Made by a program: the position numbers and the translations under genes. The notes beneath the pieces were generated by a model. That model had not been told where the DNA came from and did no database searches. It saw only the letters and a program-made list of their open reading frames with translations. From Desulfatiglandales bacterium (GTDB lineage Bacteria; Desulfobacterota; DSM-4660; Desulfatiglandales; Desulfatiglandaceae), in NCBI GenBank assembly GCA_963662465.1, contig OY759599.1, forward strand, positions 2,848,001 to 2,912,000: DNA of 64,000 bases, in the 5' to 3' direction. Shown one piece after another: positions 51,365 through 63,233 of this stretch (positions are counted from its first letter, which is position 1; every line of letters begins with the position of its first letter).

Positions 51365-52333
51365 ATGACAAAAACCACACCCCTTTCATTTGATCATATC
51401 CAATCATATCCGCTGAGAGATCGAAACAGCAAAGTGGACGTGAATGATTTCGCCCGGCCCTGGTCTCCCGGCGATTCCATGGGCGAATGGCTCAAAAAAT
51501 TGCCCAACATCCTGGCCGCCAAGGACTTGCTAACAATTCGAGACCGCATGCTGAAGGCCTTTTTCAAACAAAAAAAGATCATCCTCGCCATGGGCGCACA
51601 CGCCATCAAAGTGGGGCTCAACCCCGTCATCATTGACTTGTTGGAACGAGGCGTCATCAGTGGGTTGGCCATGAACGGCGCCTGCATTATCCATGATGCC
51701 GAACTGGCCATGGCCGGAAAAACATCGGAGGACGTGGCGGCGGAAATTGGCAAGGGAACCTTCGGCATGGCGGAAGAAACCGGTCGTTACCTGAACCTGG
51801 CCATTGCCGAAGGCGCCGAAGAGGAACTGGGGCTGGGAGAATCAGTGGGCAGTATGCTGGTCAAGGAAAAATTCCCCTTTAACCATCACAGCCTTCTGGC
51901 GCGGGCTTATGAACTGGATATTCCCGTAACCGTTCACGTGGCAGTGGGAACGGATATCATCCATTTTCATCCCCTGGCCAATGGGGCGAACATCGGCAAA
52001 ACCTCCCACCTGGATTTTCGCATTTTCTGCCGCCTTGTTTCGGAACTTGAAGAGGGGGTCCTCATCAACCTGGGGTCGGCGGTGATCCTGCCCGAGGTAT
52101 TCCTCAAGGCCCTGAGTGTAGCACGCAACCTGGGACACAGCGTTAAAAACATCACCACCGTCAATATGGATTTTATCCGGCAATACCGCCCCATGACCAA
52201 CGTGGTTCACCGGCCCACCCTGGATGGTGGGAAGGGGTTCAGCCTGGTGGGGCATCATGAAATCATGTTTCCATTGCTGGCCGCGGCGGTGATCGAAGGG
52301 ATAGAAGAGAAGAAGTTGAGAAGATCAGAGTGA
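51365..52333 (+). CDS. Deoxyhypusine-synthase-like hypothetical protein
   Basis: GAHAIKVG, NGACIIHD, GSAVILPEVFLKA. Fold assignment is by inference. Confidence 0.6.
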   Translation: MTKTTPLSFDHIQSYPLRDRNSKVDVNDFARPWSPGDSMGEWLKKLPNILAAKDLLTIRDRMLKAFFKQKKIILAMGAHAIKVGLNPVIIDLLERGVISGLAMNGACIIHDAELAMAGKTSEDVAAEIGKGTFGMAEETGRYLNLAIAEGAEEELGLGESVGSMLVKEKFPFNHHSLLARAYELDIPVTVHVAVGTDIIHFHPLANGANIGKTSHLDFRIFCRLVSELEEGVLINLGSAVILPEVFLKALSVARNLGHSVKNITTVNMDFIRQYRPMTNVVHRPTLDGGKGFSLVGHHEIMFPLLAAAVIEGIEEKKLRRSE

Positions 52334-52345
52334 AGGAGGTGTTAC

Positions 52346-52570
52346 ATGACGATCATTGAAGTAATACCAATCGTTGAGTCGCTTACCCACGCAGATAAGT
52401 TCAAGTTGATGCAATTCCTTCTAGCGCAACTTGCTAAGGAAGAAGGTATACCTTTGCAAACCCAGGTTTCCAAGAAAGGCGATTCTTTGTGGGGGATTGT
52501 AGGTATGGCGGAGGGAGAGGATGAAGAAGTAGCCCGACATCATGATAAGTATCTGTATGGTGAAAAATAA
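52346..52570 (+). CDS. Putative VapB-type antitoxin
   Basis: Small ORF ending HDKYLYG, coupled to a PIN gene. Confidence 0.75.
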   Translation: MTIIEVIPIVESLTHADKFKLMQFLLAQLAKEEGIPLQTQVSKKGDSLWGIVGMAEGEDEEVARHHDKYLYGEK

Positions 52571-52968
52571 TGCAAAGTATTTTTGTAGACACTGGCGGAT
52601 GGTACGCAGCTATCGTACGTAAGGATCATGATCATAAGACTGCAAAACAGTTTTTGATGAATAATAAATTTCCGTTGATAACCAGTGATTATGTCATGGA
52701 TGAAACTGTTACCTTGCTGCAATCCCGTATAGGGCATAATTACGCTGTAAATTTTTTAGATGCTCTACAAACCAGCCTGCAAATACAATTGATTTACCTC
52801 ACGCCGTCGCACATAGCGGAAACCATAGCACTTTTCCGTAACAGACCCGATAAGGGCTGGAGTTTTACCGATTGCTCATCCTTTGTGCTAATGCATAAAT
52901 ATACGATCCAAATTGCTTTTGCATTTGATGAGCATTTTCAACAAGCCGGCTTTCAAACCAAGCCATAA
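52570..52968 (+). CDS. VapC PIN-domain toxin
   Basis: FVDT, DET, SFTDC, FDEHF. Confidence 0.9.
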   Translation: MQSIFVDTGGWYAAIVRKDHDHKTAKQFLMNNKFPLITSDYVMDETVTLLQSRIGHNYAVNFLDALQTSLQIQLIYLTPSHIAETIALFRNRPDKGWSFTDCSSFVLMHKYTIQIAFAFDEHFQQAGFQTKP

Positions 52969-53071
52969 GAAATGCTACTAAATCCATAACAAGGCAAAGT
53001 CACTCGCATGCCAAAAAGTGGTGAGGAAAAAATTTGGCATTGCCAATCAAAAAACAGGAAAGGGACTAACC

Positions 53072-53311
53072 ATGCCCATCTATGAATATAAATGTGAAAA
53101 TTGTAACGAGGAATTTGAAGCCCTTGTCTTTCGAAGCGATGAAACACCCCCCTGCCCCAACTGCAAGGGGGAGGATATCAAACGATTGATGTCCGCATGC
53201 GGTTTCAAAACTGGCGGGGCCGCCGCCGACACCGGAAGCACCAGCGCACCTTCAAGCGGGTCATCCAGTTGTGCGGGATGCACCAGCACCAATTGCAGCA
53301 GTTGCCACTGA
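53072..53311 (+). CDS. FmdB-family zinc-ribbon protein
   Basis: MPIYEYKCENC...CPNC. Confidence 0.88.
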   Translation: MPIYEYKCENCNEEFEALVFRSDETPPCPNCKGEDIKRLMSACGFKTGGAAADTGSTSAPSSGSSSCAGCTSTNCSSCH

Positions 53312-53325
53312 TAAGAGGAAATCCT

Positions 53326-53820
53326 GTGTTCAAAATCGGTTTTGGATATGATGTACACGCCCTGGTGGAAGGCCGGAAACTCATCCTTGGCGGTGTGGAA
53401 ATCCCTCATTTGACGGGACTGAAAGGGCATTCCGATGCGGATGTGCTGATTCACGCCATCATGGACGCCATTGTGGGCGCCCTGGGACTGGGGGATATCG
53501 GCCAACATTTCCCGGATACCGACCCGGCCTATAAGGGGATATCGAGTCTGCGCATGTTGGAAACCGTAGAGGGACTAATGAGAAAGGAGCGCTACCGTTT
53601 GAACAACCTGGACTGCACCCTGGTGGCCCAGGCCCCCAAACTGGCGCCCTATCTCCCTGAGATGCGAAAACAACTGGCGAGGGCGTTAAAGGCAACCGAA
53701 AATCTGATCAACATCAAAGCCACCACCAGCGAAGGCCTGGGATTCTGTGGAAAGCGGGAAGGCATGGAGGCCTTTGCCGTGGTGAGCCTTATTCAAGAGG
53801 AGATTAAAAGTGACGCTTAA
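53326..53820 (+). CDS. ispF: 2-C-methyl-D-erythritol 2,4-cyclodiphosphate synthase
   Basis: GYDVH, GHSDADV, GDIGQHFP. GTG start. Confidence 0.95.
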   Translation: MFKIGFGYDVHALVEGRKLILGGVEIPHLTGLKGHSDADVLIHAIMDAIVGALGLGDIGQHFPDTDPAYKGISSLRMLETVEGLMRKERYRLNNLDCTLVAQAPKLAPYLPEMRKQLARALKATENLINIKATTSEGLGFCGKREGMEAFAVVSLIQEEIKSDA

Positions 53821-55264
53821 ACTATATAATTCAGCAACTCGAAAAAAGGAAGTTTTTCAACCCATGGAGGAGGGAAAGGTCGGTCTCTACGTTTGCGGGG
53901 TTACGGTATACGATCTGTGCCATATCGGGCATGCCCGCTCCACCATCGTGTTCGATATCCTGGCCCGGTATTTACGCGCCAAGGGTTTTGAAGTAACCTA
54001 TGTTCGGAATTTCACGGATATCGACGATAAAATTATTGATCGGGCCAATCTGCTCGGAAAAGAGCCCCGAACCCTGGCACAGGAATTCATCGATGCCTTT
54101 TATGAGGATATGGGCAGGCTGGGCGTCTTGAACGCAGACGTGGAACCCAGAGCCACAGACCATATTGACGGCATGATCGAGATGACAAAACTGCTGATAG
54201 ACCGGGGTTACGCCTATACGGACGGCGGGGACGTCTATTTCTCCGTGGAAGCCTTCAGGGGATATGGCAGTCTTTCCGGCAGGAACCTGGAGGATATGCG
54301 GGCCGGCAGCCGCATTGCCGTGGACGACAAAAAAAGGCATCCCATGGATTTCGTGCTCTGGAAGAGCGCCAAGCCGGACGAACCGGAATGGCCCAGTCCC
54401 TGGGGGCCGGGCAGGCCGGGATGGCACATCGAATGTTCCGTCATGAGCAACCAATACCTGGGATCAACCTTCGATATCCACGGCGGGGGACGGGACCTTC
54501 TTTTTCCCCATCATGAAAATGAACGGGCCCAGTCCGTGTGCGCCAATGGCGGAAAATTCGCTCTCTATTGGGTTCACAACGGCTTTGTCACCGTTGAATC
54601 GGAAAAGATGTCAAAATCGGTGGGGAATTTCCTGACCATTCGAGATGCCCTCAAAATCTACCACCCCGAAGTGCTGAGGCTGTTCCTGTTGTCCAAGCAG
54701 TACCGGAGCCCTCTGGATTTCTCAAAAAAGGACGTGGAGGGGCTTCAATCGGGTTTGGTGCGCATCTATCGGACCTTTCAACGGCTAAATGACCTGCTGG
54801 GACCCAACGAGAAAGAAAACGCATCATCTTCCGGAGAACCCGCTGGCTCGGGTGATTTTTTTGAAAAATTCACCGAAATGATGGATGACGACCTGAACAC
54901 CGCCGGCGCCCTGGGTCTGATCTTCGAAAAGGTCCGGGAGATGAACCGTCTCATGGATCCCGAAAGCGAGGGCGCCATTTCCCAAGACACCCTGGCCCGG
55001 CTCAAAAGCGACCGTTCCCAGGTGTTGAGGGCCGGGGACATTCTGGGGCTATTTCACGAAACCCCTGCTGGCTTTTTCGAACAACTGGCAGGGCCGGCCA
55101 CTGAAATGGACACGGAAAAAATTGAAGCACTGGTGGAAAAAAGATCCCAGGCCCGGGCCGCCAAGGATTGGGCCGCTTCCGATACCATTCGCGATCAGTT
55201 GAAAGCGTTGGGCGTCATCCTGGAGGACGGCCCCCAGGGAACCACCTGGAGATTGGATGTTTAA
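53810..55264 (+). CDS. cysS: Cysteine--tRNA ligase
   Basis: HIGH, KMSKS, GWHIEC. Confidence 0.97.
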   Translation: MTLKLYNSATRKKEVFQPMEEGKVGLYVCGVTVYDLCHIGHARSTIVFDILARYLRAKGFEVTYVRNFTDIDDKIIDRANLLGKEPRTLAQEFIDAFYEDMGRLGVLNADVEPRATDHIDGMIEMTKLLIDRGYAYTDGGDVYFSVEAFRGYGSLSGRNLEDMRAGSRIAVDDKKRHPMDFVLWKSAKPDEPEWPSPWGPGRPGWHIECSVMSNQYLGSTFDIHGGGRDLLFPHHENERAQSVCANGGKFALYWVHNGFVTVESEKMSKSVGNFLTIRDALKIYHPEVLRLFLLSKQYRSPLDFSKKDVEGLQSGLVRIYRTFQRLNDLLGPNEKENASSSGEPAGSGDFFEKFTEMMDDDLNTAGALGLIFEKVREMNRLMDPESEGAISQDTLARLKSDRSQVLRAGDILGLFHETPAGFFEQLAGPATEMDTEKIEALVEKRSQARAAKDWAASDTIRDQLKALGVILEDGPQGTTWRLDV

Positions 55265-57248
55265 GATCCACAGTGACTTTCTTCCCAACGGGGACCAGCC
55301 GCAAGCCATTGACGACCTGGTGTCGGGGCTCGACAAGGGCCTGGCCCACCAGGTCCTGTTGGGGGTCACGGGCAGCGGCAAGACCTTTACCATGGCCCAT
55401 GTGATTGCCAGGACAGGAAAAGCCGCCCTGGTAATGGCCCCCAACAAAACCCTGGCCGCGCAACTGTACAGCGAATTCAACAGCCTGTTTCCCGAGAACG
55501 CCGTTCATTATTTTGTCAGTTATTACGATTACTACCAACCCGAAGCCTATATTCCCCAATCAGATACCTACATCCAGAAAGACTCCAACATCAACGATCA
55601 GATCGACAAAATGCGCCATGCGGCCACCCGAGCCCTTCTGGATCGCGACGACGTGATCATCGTGGCGAGCGTTTCCTGCATTTATGGCCTGGGATCCCCT
55701 GAAACTTACTATGACATGCTCCTCTATCTTGAAACGGGGACCCTCATCTCAAGGGAGGATGCCGTCAAAAAGCTGGTGGAGATCCAGTACGAACGGGGCG
55801 ACATGGATTTCTACCGGGGCCGCTTTCGGGTGCGGGGGGACGTGCTGGACATTTATCCGGTCCATGAAGAGGATCGGGCCGTGCGCATCCATTTCTTCGG
55901 CGACGAGGTGGAAGCCATCCAGGAAATCGATCCCTTGACCGGAAAGGCGATTCAGGGGCTCAGCCGCATCGCCGTCTACCCGGCCACCCATTACGTAACC
56001 ACCACCGATATTCGCGATCGCGCCAACGAACAGATCAAGCTGGAATTGACCCGACAGCTGGCGTATTTCAGGGAACAAGGCAAACTCCTGGAGGCCCAGC
56101 GCATCGAGGAACGCACCCGGTTTGACCTGGAAATGATGGCAGAACTGGGGTATTGCCACGGCATCGAAAATTATTCCCGACATCTGACGGGTCGTGCTCC
56201 CGGAGAACCCCCGCCCACCCTTCTGGATTATTTTCCCAAAGATTTTCTGATGATCATCGATGAAAGTCACATCACCGTCCCTCAAATCACGGGCATGTAC
56301 CGGGGAGACCGGTCCCGCAAGGAGACCCTGGTGAATTTCGGATTCCGGCTTCCCTCGGCCCTGGACAACCGCCCCCTTCGTTTTGAGGAATTTTCATCCA
56401 GGCTGAACCAGACCATCTATGTTTCAGCCACGCCGGGCCCCTATGAACTGGAAAAAACCGAAGCCATCGTGGAACAAATCATTCGACCCACCGGCCTGGT
56501 GGACCCGGAAATCGAGGTAAGGCCCGCCGGGAATCAAGTGGACGATCTCCTGGAATGGATTCACGACCGGGTAAACAAAAAGGAAAGGGTCCTGGTCACC
56601 ACCCTCACCAAACGCATGGCTGAGGATCTCACTGAATATTACGCGGATCTTGACATTCGCGTTCGCTACATGCATTCGGACATTAAAACCCTGGAGCGCG
56701 TTGAAATCATCCGGGATCTCCGCATGGGCGTTTTCGACGTTCTGGTGGGCATCAACCTGCTTCGGGAAGGACTAGACATTCCGGAGGTCTCCCTGGTGGC
56801 CATTCTCGATGCGGATAAGGAAGGGTTTCTGCGATCGGAAAGATCCCTCATCCAGACCTGCGGCAGGGCATCCAGGAATGTGAACGGCCGCGTGATTCTC
56901 TATGGGGACCGTATCACGAACTCCATGAGACGGGCCATGGAAGAAAGCAGCAGACGCCGAATGCTTCAATTGCAATACAACCGCGAGTACCACATCACGC
57001 CTGAAACCATTCGCAAGGACATTGGCGCCATCCTGGGTTCCCCCTATGAAGCGGATTATGTGACGATCCCCATGGCTGCGGAAGAAGAGGCATCTTACCT
57101 TTCACCGAATCAACTGGAAAAGGTCATCGAAGACTTAAAGGATAAGATGAAAAAAGCGGCCAAAAACCTGGCCTTTGAGGAAGCCGCCATGTTTCGGGAT
57201 CGCATCAAAGAACTGGAGAAACAGGAGCTGGAGCTGCTGAGTATCTAA
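55257..57248 (+). CDS. uvrB: Excinuclease ABC subunit B
   Basis: [23 protein letters not shown]. Confidence 0.97.
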   Translation: MFKIHSDFLPNGDQPQAIDDLVSGLDKGLAHQVLLGVTGSGKTFTMAHVIARTGKAALVMAPNKTLAAQLYSEFNSLFPENAVHYFVSYYDYYQPEAYIPQSDTYIQKDSNINDQIDKMRHAATRALLDRDDVIIVASVSCIYGLGSPETYYDMLLYLETGTLISREDAVKKLVEIQYERGDMDFYRGRFRVRGDVLDIYPVHEEDRAVRIHFFGDEVEAIQEIDPLTGKAIQGLSRIAVYPATHYVTTTDIRDRANEQIKLELTRQLAYFREQGKLLEAQRIEERTRFDLEMMAELGYCHGIENYSRHLTGRAPGEPPPTLLDYFPKDFLMIIDESHITVPQITGMYRGDRSRKETLVNFGFRLPSALDNRPLRFEEFSSRLNQTIYVSATPGPYELEKTEAIVEQIIRPTGLVDPEIEVRPAGNQVDDLLEWIHDRVNKKERVLVTTLTKRMAEDLTEYYADLDIRVRYMHSDIKTLERVEIIRDLRMGVFDVLVGINLLREGLDIPEVSLVAILDADKEGFLRSERSLIQTCGRASRNVNGRVILYGDRITNSMRRAMEESSRRRMLQLQYNREYHITPETIRKDIGAILGSPYEADYVTIPMAAEEEASYLSPNQLEKVIEDLKDKMKKAAKNLAFEEAAMFRDRIKELEKQELELLSI

Positions 57249-58126
57249 TGGCCAAATCAACCCCAAAACACGAAAATAACGCCAAGCAAAAGACCCGGAA
57301 AACACGGGAGAAAACCGCCGCTACGGAGAATGACCGCCTCATCCCCGGATTTCACGCCGTCCGGGAAACCCTGCGCCTCGGACGGGGGGCTCTGGCTGAA
57401 ATCTGGATCAGAGAGGGAAAACGATCGGTAAGAATCGAAGAAATCATTCAAATGGCGGAAATCCAGCGCATCCCTCTTTACTTCAAAAAAGATTCGGAAC
57501 TATCCGGAATATTTTCGCGTATTGCGCACCAGGGCATTGTGGGGGTAGCGAAGGCCTTTGCCTACGCCGATTTTCATGGCATCATGCGCCGTTCCCTTCA
57601 GGAAGATCCTCCCAGCCTCCTTCTGGCGGCAGACCACATCACCGACGAGGGAAACCTGGGGGCGCTCATTCGAACAGCCGCTTTCTTCGGAACCCACGGC
57701 CTCATCATCCCCAAAGACCGGTCGGCCCAGATCACACCCGCCGTTTTGAAACGTGCCTCGGGGGCGCATCTGCGTCTTCCCACGGCGCGGGTCACCAACC
57801 TGGGCCGAGCCCTCGATGATCTATCGGAAAAGGGATTCTGGATCATCGGAACCGCCGGGGAAGCGGAATCATCCATTTACGATTTTGACTGGAAGCGACC
57901 CCTGGTCCTGGTTCTCGGCAGCGAACAGAAAGGACTGAGTCCATCCACCCGCAAACGATGTCATCAACTGGTGCGCATTCCGTCCCCGGGGAATGTGGAA
58001 TCCCTCAACGTATCGGTGGCCGGCGGCGTCATCCTGTCGGAAATATGCCGACAAAGGCAACTCAGAACGGTGGGCCAAAAACTCATCAGGGATGAACGTC
58101 TTGACTCGGAAAAAGGACAACCCTGA
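57248..58126 (+). CDS. rlmB: 23S rRNA Gm2251 methyltransferase (SPOUT)
   Basis: HQG, NLGALIRT, GSEQKG, SLNVSVA. Confidence 0.88.
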   Translation: MAKSTPKHENNAKQKTRKTREKTAATENDRLIPGFHAVRETLRLGRGALAEIWIREGKRSVRIEEIIQMAEIQRIPLYFKKDSELSGIFSRIAHQGIVGVAKAFAYADFHGIMRRSLQEDPPSLLLAADHITDEGNLGALIRTAAFFGTHGLIIPKDRSAQITPAVLKRASGAHLRLPTARVTNLGRALDDLSEKGFWIIGTAGEAESSIYDFDWKRPLVLVLGSEQKGLSPSTRKRCHQLVRIPSPGNVESLNVSVAGGVILSEICRQRQLRTVGQKLIRDERLDSEKGQP

Positions 58127-58362
58127 CGCCTATGTCATGGACAGGGGAACCCTCAATTTAAAATGCGACGAAACCATTTCCCTGAGCGGCACTCAAATCC
58201 TCTATCAGGGAGGACTCAACCCGGATCTCGATCTTTCCCGGCATAAGCAATTTGAGGCGGTTTAGCGGGACACCCTGTATCAACCGGTAGAAAGTGGACT
58301 ACACCGCCAAATGGGGCACGGAAGGATACGACCGGGGATGGCCGGAACTGATTAAACAGGCT

Positions 58363-58761
58363 CTAAACCCCGCTGTTGATAAGCGAAACCTGATCATTAA
58401 GGGTCCACAAATCATACAGATACCCGAGGCCGAATACGCCGCCCGTCAGCAGGTACAAAAGTCCTGTCAGCCATTTTTCCATGTAAAAACGGTGGATACC
58501 GAATAACCCGAGAAAGGTGAGCAGTATCCATGCTACCGTGTAATTGAGATTTCCGCTGCGGAACCGGAAATCGGCCTGGCGGTCCATGGACGGGATGAGA
58601 AAAAAATCGATAATCCAGCCGATAAAGAAGAGCCCCAGGGTAAAAAACCAGATGGTCCCTGAAACGGGTTTGCCGTAGTAAAACCGATGGGAACCCGTGA
58701 AACCGAAAATCCAAAGAATATAGCCGATTAATTTGAGATGTGTGTCGTTTGAATGATCCAT
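58363..58761 (-). CDS. Double TM2-domain membrane protein
   Basis: GSHRFY and GIHRFY repeats. Confidence 0.85.
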   Translation of the reverse strand: MDHSNDTHLKLIGYILWIFGFTGSHRFYYGKPVSGTIWFFTLGLFFIGWIIDFFLIPSMDRQADFRFRSGNLNYTVAWILLTFLGLFGIHRFYMEKWLTGLLYLLTGGVFGLGYLYDLWTLNDQVSLINSGV

Positions 58762-59217
58762 GAACGTTTTCCTTTCAAGACCTTCTTCTAAAGCAAATCG
58801 TAAAAAATGCGCTGTTGCGTATCGACTAAAACTGGATTTACGCCTCAGTTTTCCGCTATCAGGCGGAGGATCATAGTCGCCCCTTTTTCAACTCCTCATC
58901 CCGCAAAACGCAGCGTAGGACTTTCCCGACATCCGAAATTCGGACTCACCGCCACGGTACAGGCCCGCTTCCATTCCGGATTTCGCATGAGGGTGTTGAC
59001 ATTATAGTCCATATGCCTTCCGGCGTTCGGGATCATGGGAAATTCGTCGGGCATCCAAAACCCCTGGGTTTCATTTTTTTTAAGCCAAAGTTTTTTTATA
59101 TGACTTTTCAACCAGCGCGACAACAGGTTTTATCCCTTTCCATGTCATCGTACATGCCTAATTGGCTGCGTTTGCTCTTGAATCCGATATTTCTCCGTTC
59201 CAATGCTCGGCCGATAT

Positions 59218-59345
59218 TCCTCAACATCTTTCAATTGGATTGTACCGCTATGATAGGGAGGATAATAGACCAGGCGGATTCGCAAACCTGTTTTGTCACT
59301 GAATTCGGTGATGCTGCGAATGAATTGAGTCCAAGCGCTTGCCGC
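59218..59345 (-). pseudogene. Short internal fragment of an ISAzo13 transposase
   Basis: TQFIR..TEFSDKTGLRIRLVYYPPYHS. Closely matches 12841-12965. Confidence 0.8.
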
Positions 59346-59463
59346 TTCCCAAATTGATCCCACATATTTTGTGGTTCAATTTTTATTGACACCCAGACGC
59401 GCTTCCACTACATTTTTTCCTTAAAAAAATCGAGTTTTATCGTCAATATTATAGGAGCAAACA

Positions 59464-61647
59464 ATGAAGCGAATTTTCGTAATGGTATTTTGTTTTTTCT
59501 TTGCCGCGATTTTGTGCTGTTGCAGCAACTCTTCCGATACTTCCCAAACGTCAACATCCTATACGCAAACCATTGTTGCTACAAGGGCCTTCATCGAATC
59601 TCAAATGAGCGAAAAGCAAATTGTCGGCCTCAGCATTGCACTGGTGGATGGGGAAAGACAGGACCTGGAGAAAGTGGTCTGGAGCCAGGGATTTGGCATG
59701 GCGGACAAGGAAAATGGAAAGCAGGCTTCCGCTGAAACCCTCTATTCCATCGGGAGCTGCGGAAAGACCATGACGGGTGCTGCGCTTCTGAGGCTGAAAG
59801 ATGAAGGCAGGATCGACCTGGACATGCCGGCCTCCGCTTACATCCCAGATTTTTCCCTTCAAATCCGCTATCCCGACATCGACCAGAATGACCGGATCAC
59901 CATCCGAAGCCTGCTGACCATGCACGCCGGCGTTCCCGGCGATCTTTACAACGGATCTATCATTTTAACGCCGCCGTGGTACAATCGCTATATGGGATGG
60001 CTTCTGCCATATCTTAGAACGGACTACCCGTCGCATCCGCCGGGCGCCCTTGCATCCTATTCCAATACCGGTTTTGTGGTGGCGGGTCATGCAGCCTATC
60101 TAGCGGGACGTTTGGATGACGAAACCGATTTTCAAGGTTTTATGAAGAGGTTCCTTCTGGAACCCCTCGACATGACATCGAGCTGGTATGACGTCACTGA
60201 AGTGGACCCCTCGAAACTCGCTGTTCCCTATGAAGGAGGCGATCCCCAAATGCCGTTCAATTTCAACGTGCCCGCCACCGGGGGGCTTTATTCCAATGTC
60301 ATGGACATGTCCAAATTCCTTCTCATGTTATTGAATGATGGTGTTCTTGAGGGTGGAGATCGCTATCTTGAAGCTGAAACGGTTCGGGAAATGGGACGGA
60401 TGGACCCAACGGCCCTGGATACATCCAGTTTCTATCAACCCGGTCTGGGGCTGGACAGCGCTTCACTACCCGCCTTTTTCGGCGTCGCGCCGAACCAGGG
60501 AAATTATGGTCGTGCCTGGGCGAAAAACGGATCGGATTCGCGTTACAATGCCATGCTCATGTTGCTGCCCAATGCCGGGCAGAAACTGGGTGTTGTGGTG
60601 CTAAGCAATTCCGATACGGCTGGAAGCGCCGTGTACGCCATTGCACAGGAATGTCTCAGGGAAGCGGTCAAAGAGAAGCTGGGGTTGTCTCAAAATCCCG
60701 AACCCAAACCACTTCCGGATTTTTCGGCGGAAGCCATTACAGACGAATCGGAAATCGCGGGGCTTTACGGCGTAAAGTCGCTCGGCTATTATCGCATTGA
60801 AAACAGGGAAGATGGTTTATTCTGGTTCACGCAGCCTTTTTACGACCCTGCTAAAGGCAAGTTGCTGACGTTGAAACCGGACGGCAGCAACGCTTTTTCC
60901 GTGGAAGATGAAACCTGGGATGTGGTGTTTGTGGATCGAACGGATATCTACGGAACAAAATATCGTCTCATGATAAGAGTTGGCGGCGAGGAGGAATCTG
61001 CCGGCCCCAATGTGGTGTACACAATGGGACAGAAAATAAGGTCACCGGAGCCCCTGCCGGATAAGTGGCGGCAGCGCATCAACCAAATGTATGTAGCTGA
61101 TCAGATGATCGGCCTTTACTCTCTTCTTGATCCTTATCTGACATTTTTTTACAGAGATGGTTTGCTTTTGGCCCAGACTCCCATCAGCCTGCACGTTATT
61201 TATCCCCAAGATGACGATCTTGCATTTATAGGCGACATTATGAGTCGCGGCGATGGCGCCATTGCCGTCAGCTACCAGGACGAAAATGAAAGTCTTTATT
61301 CAATGCTCAATCAATTTTTGTCCCTGGATCAAGTGGAAGAATACGCATTGGGAGAGCAGGAGTTTTTCAATATCAAAGTCCGTGAAGACCTCCCCCTTAG
61401 TGTATGGCGTAAGATTACAGTAACTCAGGAAAGTCCTTTTGCGGGCCGGAAGATCAGATTTGTTGTAACCCCCGGCCATGACACCGACGTTTACAGCTTG
61501 TTTGACGCAAATCTGACTAACGTGGGCATGGGCATCGGAGAACAGAGCGCTGTTTTCACACTCAATCCCGGCATCTATTATCTGGCCATTGATCCGGCGG
61601 TGAATTCCACCGGAAAGGCTAACCTGAACAGCGAAATAGTGCAATAA
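59464..61647 (+). CDS. Beta-lactamase-family serine hydrolase, probable lipoprotein
   Basis: SCGK (SxxK), YSN, LLTMHAG, signal peptide with Cys. Confidence 0.85.
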   Translation: MKRIFVMVFCFFFAAILCCCSNSSDTSQTSTSYTQTIVATRAFIESQMSEKQIVGLSIALVDGERQDLEKVVWSQGFGMADKENGKQASAETLYSIGSCGKTMTGAALLRLKDEGRIDLDMPASAYIPDFSLQIRYPDIDQNDRITIRSLLTMHAGVPGDLYNGSIILTPPWYNRYMGWLLPYLRTDYPSHPPGALASYSNTGFVVAGHAAYLAGRLDDETDFQGFMKRFLLEPLDMTSSWYDVTEVDPSKLAVPYEGGDPQMPFNFNVPATGGLYSNVMDMSKFLLMLLNDGVLEGGDRYLEAETVREMGRMDPTALDTSSFYQPGLGLDSASLPAFFGVAPNQGNYGRAWAKNGSDSRYNAMLMLLPNAGQKLGVVVLSNSDTAGSAVYAIAQECLREAVKEKLGLSQNPEPKPLPDFSAEAITDESEIAGLYGVKSLGYYRIENREDGLFWFTQPFYDPAKGKLLTLKPDGSNAFSVEDETWDVVFVDRTDIYGTKYRLMIRVGGEEESAGPNVVYTMGQKIRSPEPLPDKWRQRINQMYVADQMIGLYSLLDPYLTFFYRDGLLLAQTPISLHVIYPQDDDLAFIGDIMSRGDGAIAVSYQDENESLYSMLNQFLSLDQVEEYALGEQEFFNIKVREDLPLSVWRKITVTQESPFAGRKIRFVVTPGHDTDVYSLFDANLTNVGMGIGEQSAVFTLNPGIYYLAIDPAVNSTGKANLNSEIVQ

Positions 61648-61686
61648 TTCCAGGAATCATTGCTGTTTTTATAAGGAGACAACCCA

Positions 61687-61995
61687 ATGAAAAATTTCCG
61701 AAACAAGCCGGCATCATCCGCGGCCTTTTTCTTGTACCTATCTATTATTCTACTGAGCTTCGGGTGCAGCGACTCCACCGATTCCAATTCGGGAGCAATT
61801 TCCGGTCAAATCTCCGCATACGAGATAACAACAGAGGGCGATATCTATGTACTTGCAATCAAGGCCGATGACTTGGCGCACATCAGGAATATGGAAACCG
61901 AAGCGTATCCTTATAAATCTCAATATGCCGCGGGTTACCGGAAACTCACCGGACAGGGCGCCTATATCATAGCAGGTCTCGAATCCGGAAAATAT
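61687..61995 (+). pseudogene. Truncated lipoprotein gene
   Basis: RBS, lipobox-like SFGC. Frame runs into transposase sequence. Confidence 0.55.
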
Positions 61996-62880
61996 ATTTG
62001 ATGATCGGCTGGCCGACACCTTGGATGCGATATTCAAGTATGACATCGGCAACCTGGAAATTCTTTTGACTCAGAGAATGATCAATGTATTCCAAATCAT
62101 CAATGATATCTGTCACAATACAAAAATCAGATCAACCGCAGTTTTGACATACCTCTTACGGTTTCCCATGAGGATAAAGATTATCCGTTTCGAATGATTA
62201 TCCTCTATGACCACGGTTTGTTTGCCAGAAAACGGCGAACGTTTGAAAACCGTATTGAAAAGACAAAGGTTGCTTTTAAAGAACTCAGCACGAAACTAAA
62301 TCAACGCAACTTGAAAACCAAAGAAGCCATTGATGAAGCATGCGCCTCAATTTTGAAAAAGAACAGCACAGCTGAACTATTTGAATATGAAATAAAAAAT
62401 GACCTTATTACCACTTATAAAAATGCCAAAAGAGGTCGTCCGGCAAAAGGCAAAAAGCATGAAAAAATACCGGTTGTCAAGGATCATTTCAGCGTGAAAC
62501 TTGTTTTCAACGAAACAGCTTCTGAAACGGCTCTGTATCGATGCGGCTATTATCCGCTGATAACGAATAAATCCGAAGACGATCTATCCATTCAAGATGC
62601 AATGATGGCTCACAAGAATCAGTACAAAAGTGAGCATACCAACCGCAGAGCAAAAAGCAGTTACAACCTTGAACCAATTTATCTGCATACCCCTGAGCGA
62701 ATTGAAGCGTTGCTGTTTCTTTTCAAAATTGCTTTGCAAGTCATTGTACTCATCGAAAGAACAGCCAGAAAAAATATCGACGAAAGAAACAGAGGGCTCG
62801 ACAACTTCATGCCCAACAAAAGGGACGTTCGCAATCCAAGAACAGAATATCTCCTGCGCGAATTTCAGTACGTAGTAAAG
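61996..62880 (+). pseudogene. IS1634-like transposase remnant with internal deletion
   Basis: DDRLADTLD...ICHN, then RGRP, LITN, PIYLHTPERIEA. Confidence 0.75.
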
Positions 62881-63075
62881 GTGAGCAGCCTTTATTTCTT
62901 CCCTACCCGTCAGTAAATCCTGGATAAAGGGTAATGGAAGATCCGGATTCTCTTCAATCATTTGTCCTATTTTTGCCCAGTATTCAATTTGACCGGCGAT
63001 CGATCTTTTAAAAACCTTTGACTTTATCCTGGCTTTATCAAATAAATCGTCAGGCACTTTTACGGCTGTCGCCAT
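62881..63075 (-). pseudogene. ParD-like antitoxin, 3'-truncated
   Basis: RSIAGQIEYWAKIG...ENPDLP. Fused to antisense IS sequence. Confidence 0.7.
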
Positions 63076-63233
63076 AATTCACCCTCCAAGAATTATTTTT
63101 CAGTTTCAGTTTAACCCTCAAGGTTGCATTTCACAATCAATTTCCAGCTTTTTTCCGTGGAAGGCAAAAACCTTTTCATGATAGGATGAAGATGATCGAC
63201 CAACCAACCCAACACAACCCCGGGAGGAAAACC

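Noticed and set aside
58800..59060. Possible REP/MITE or riboswitch in the intergenic region
   Set aside because: Only short stems, with no TIR/DR pair or known consensus recognised.
62584..63075. 163-aa ORF as a full protein
   Set aside because: Only the first ~65 codons are antitoxin-like. The rest is antisense transposase.
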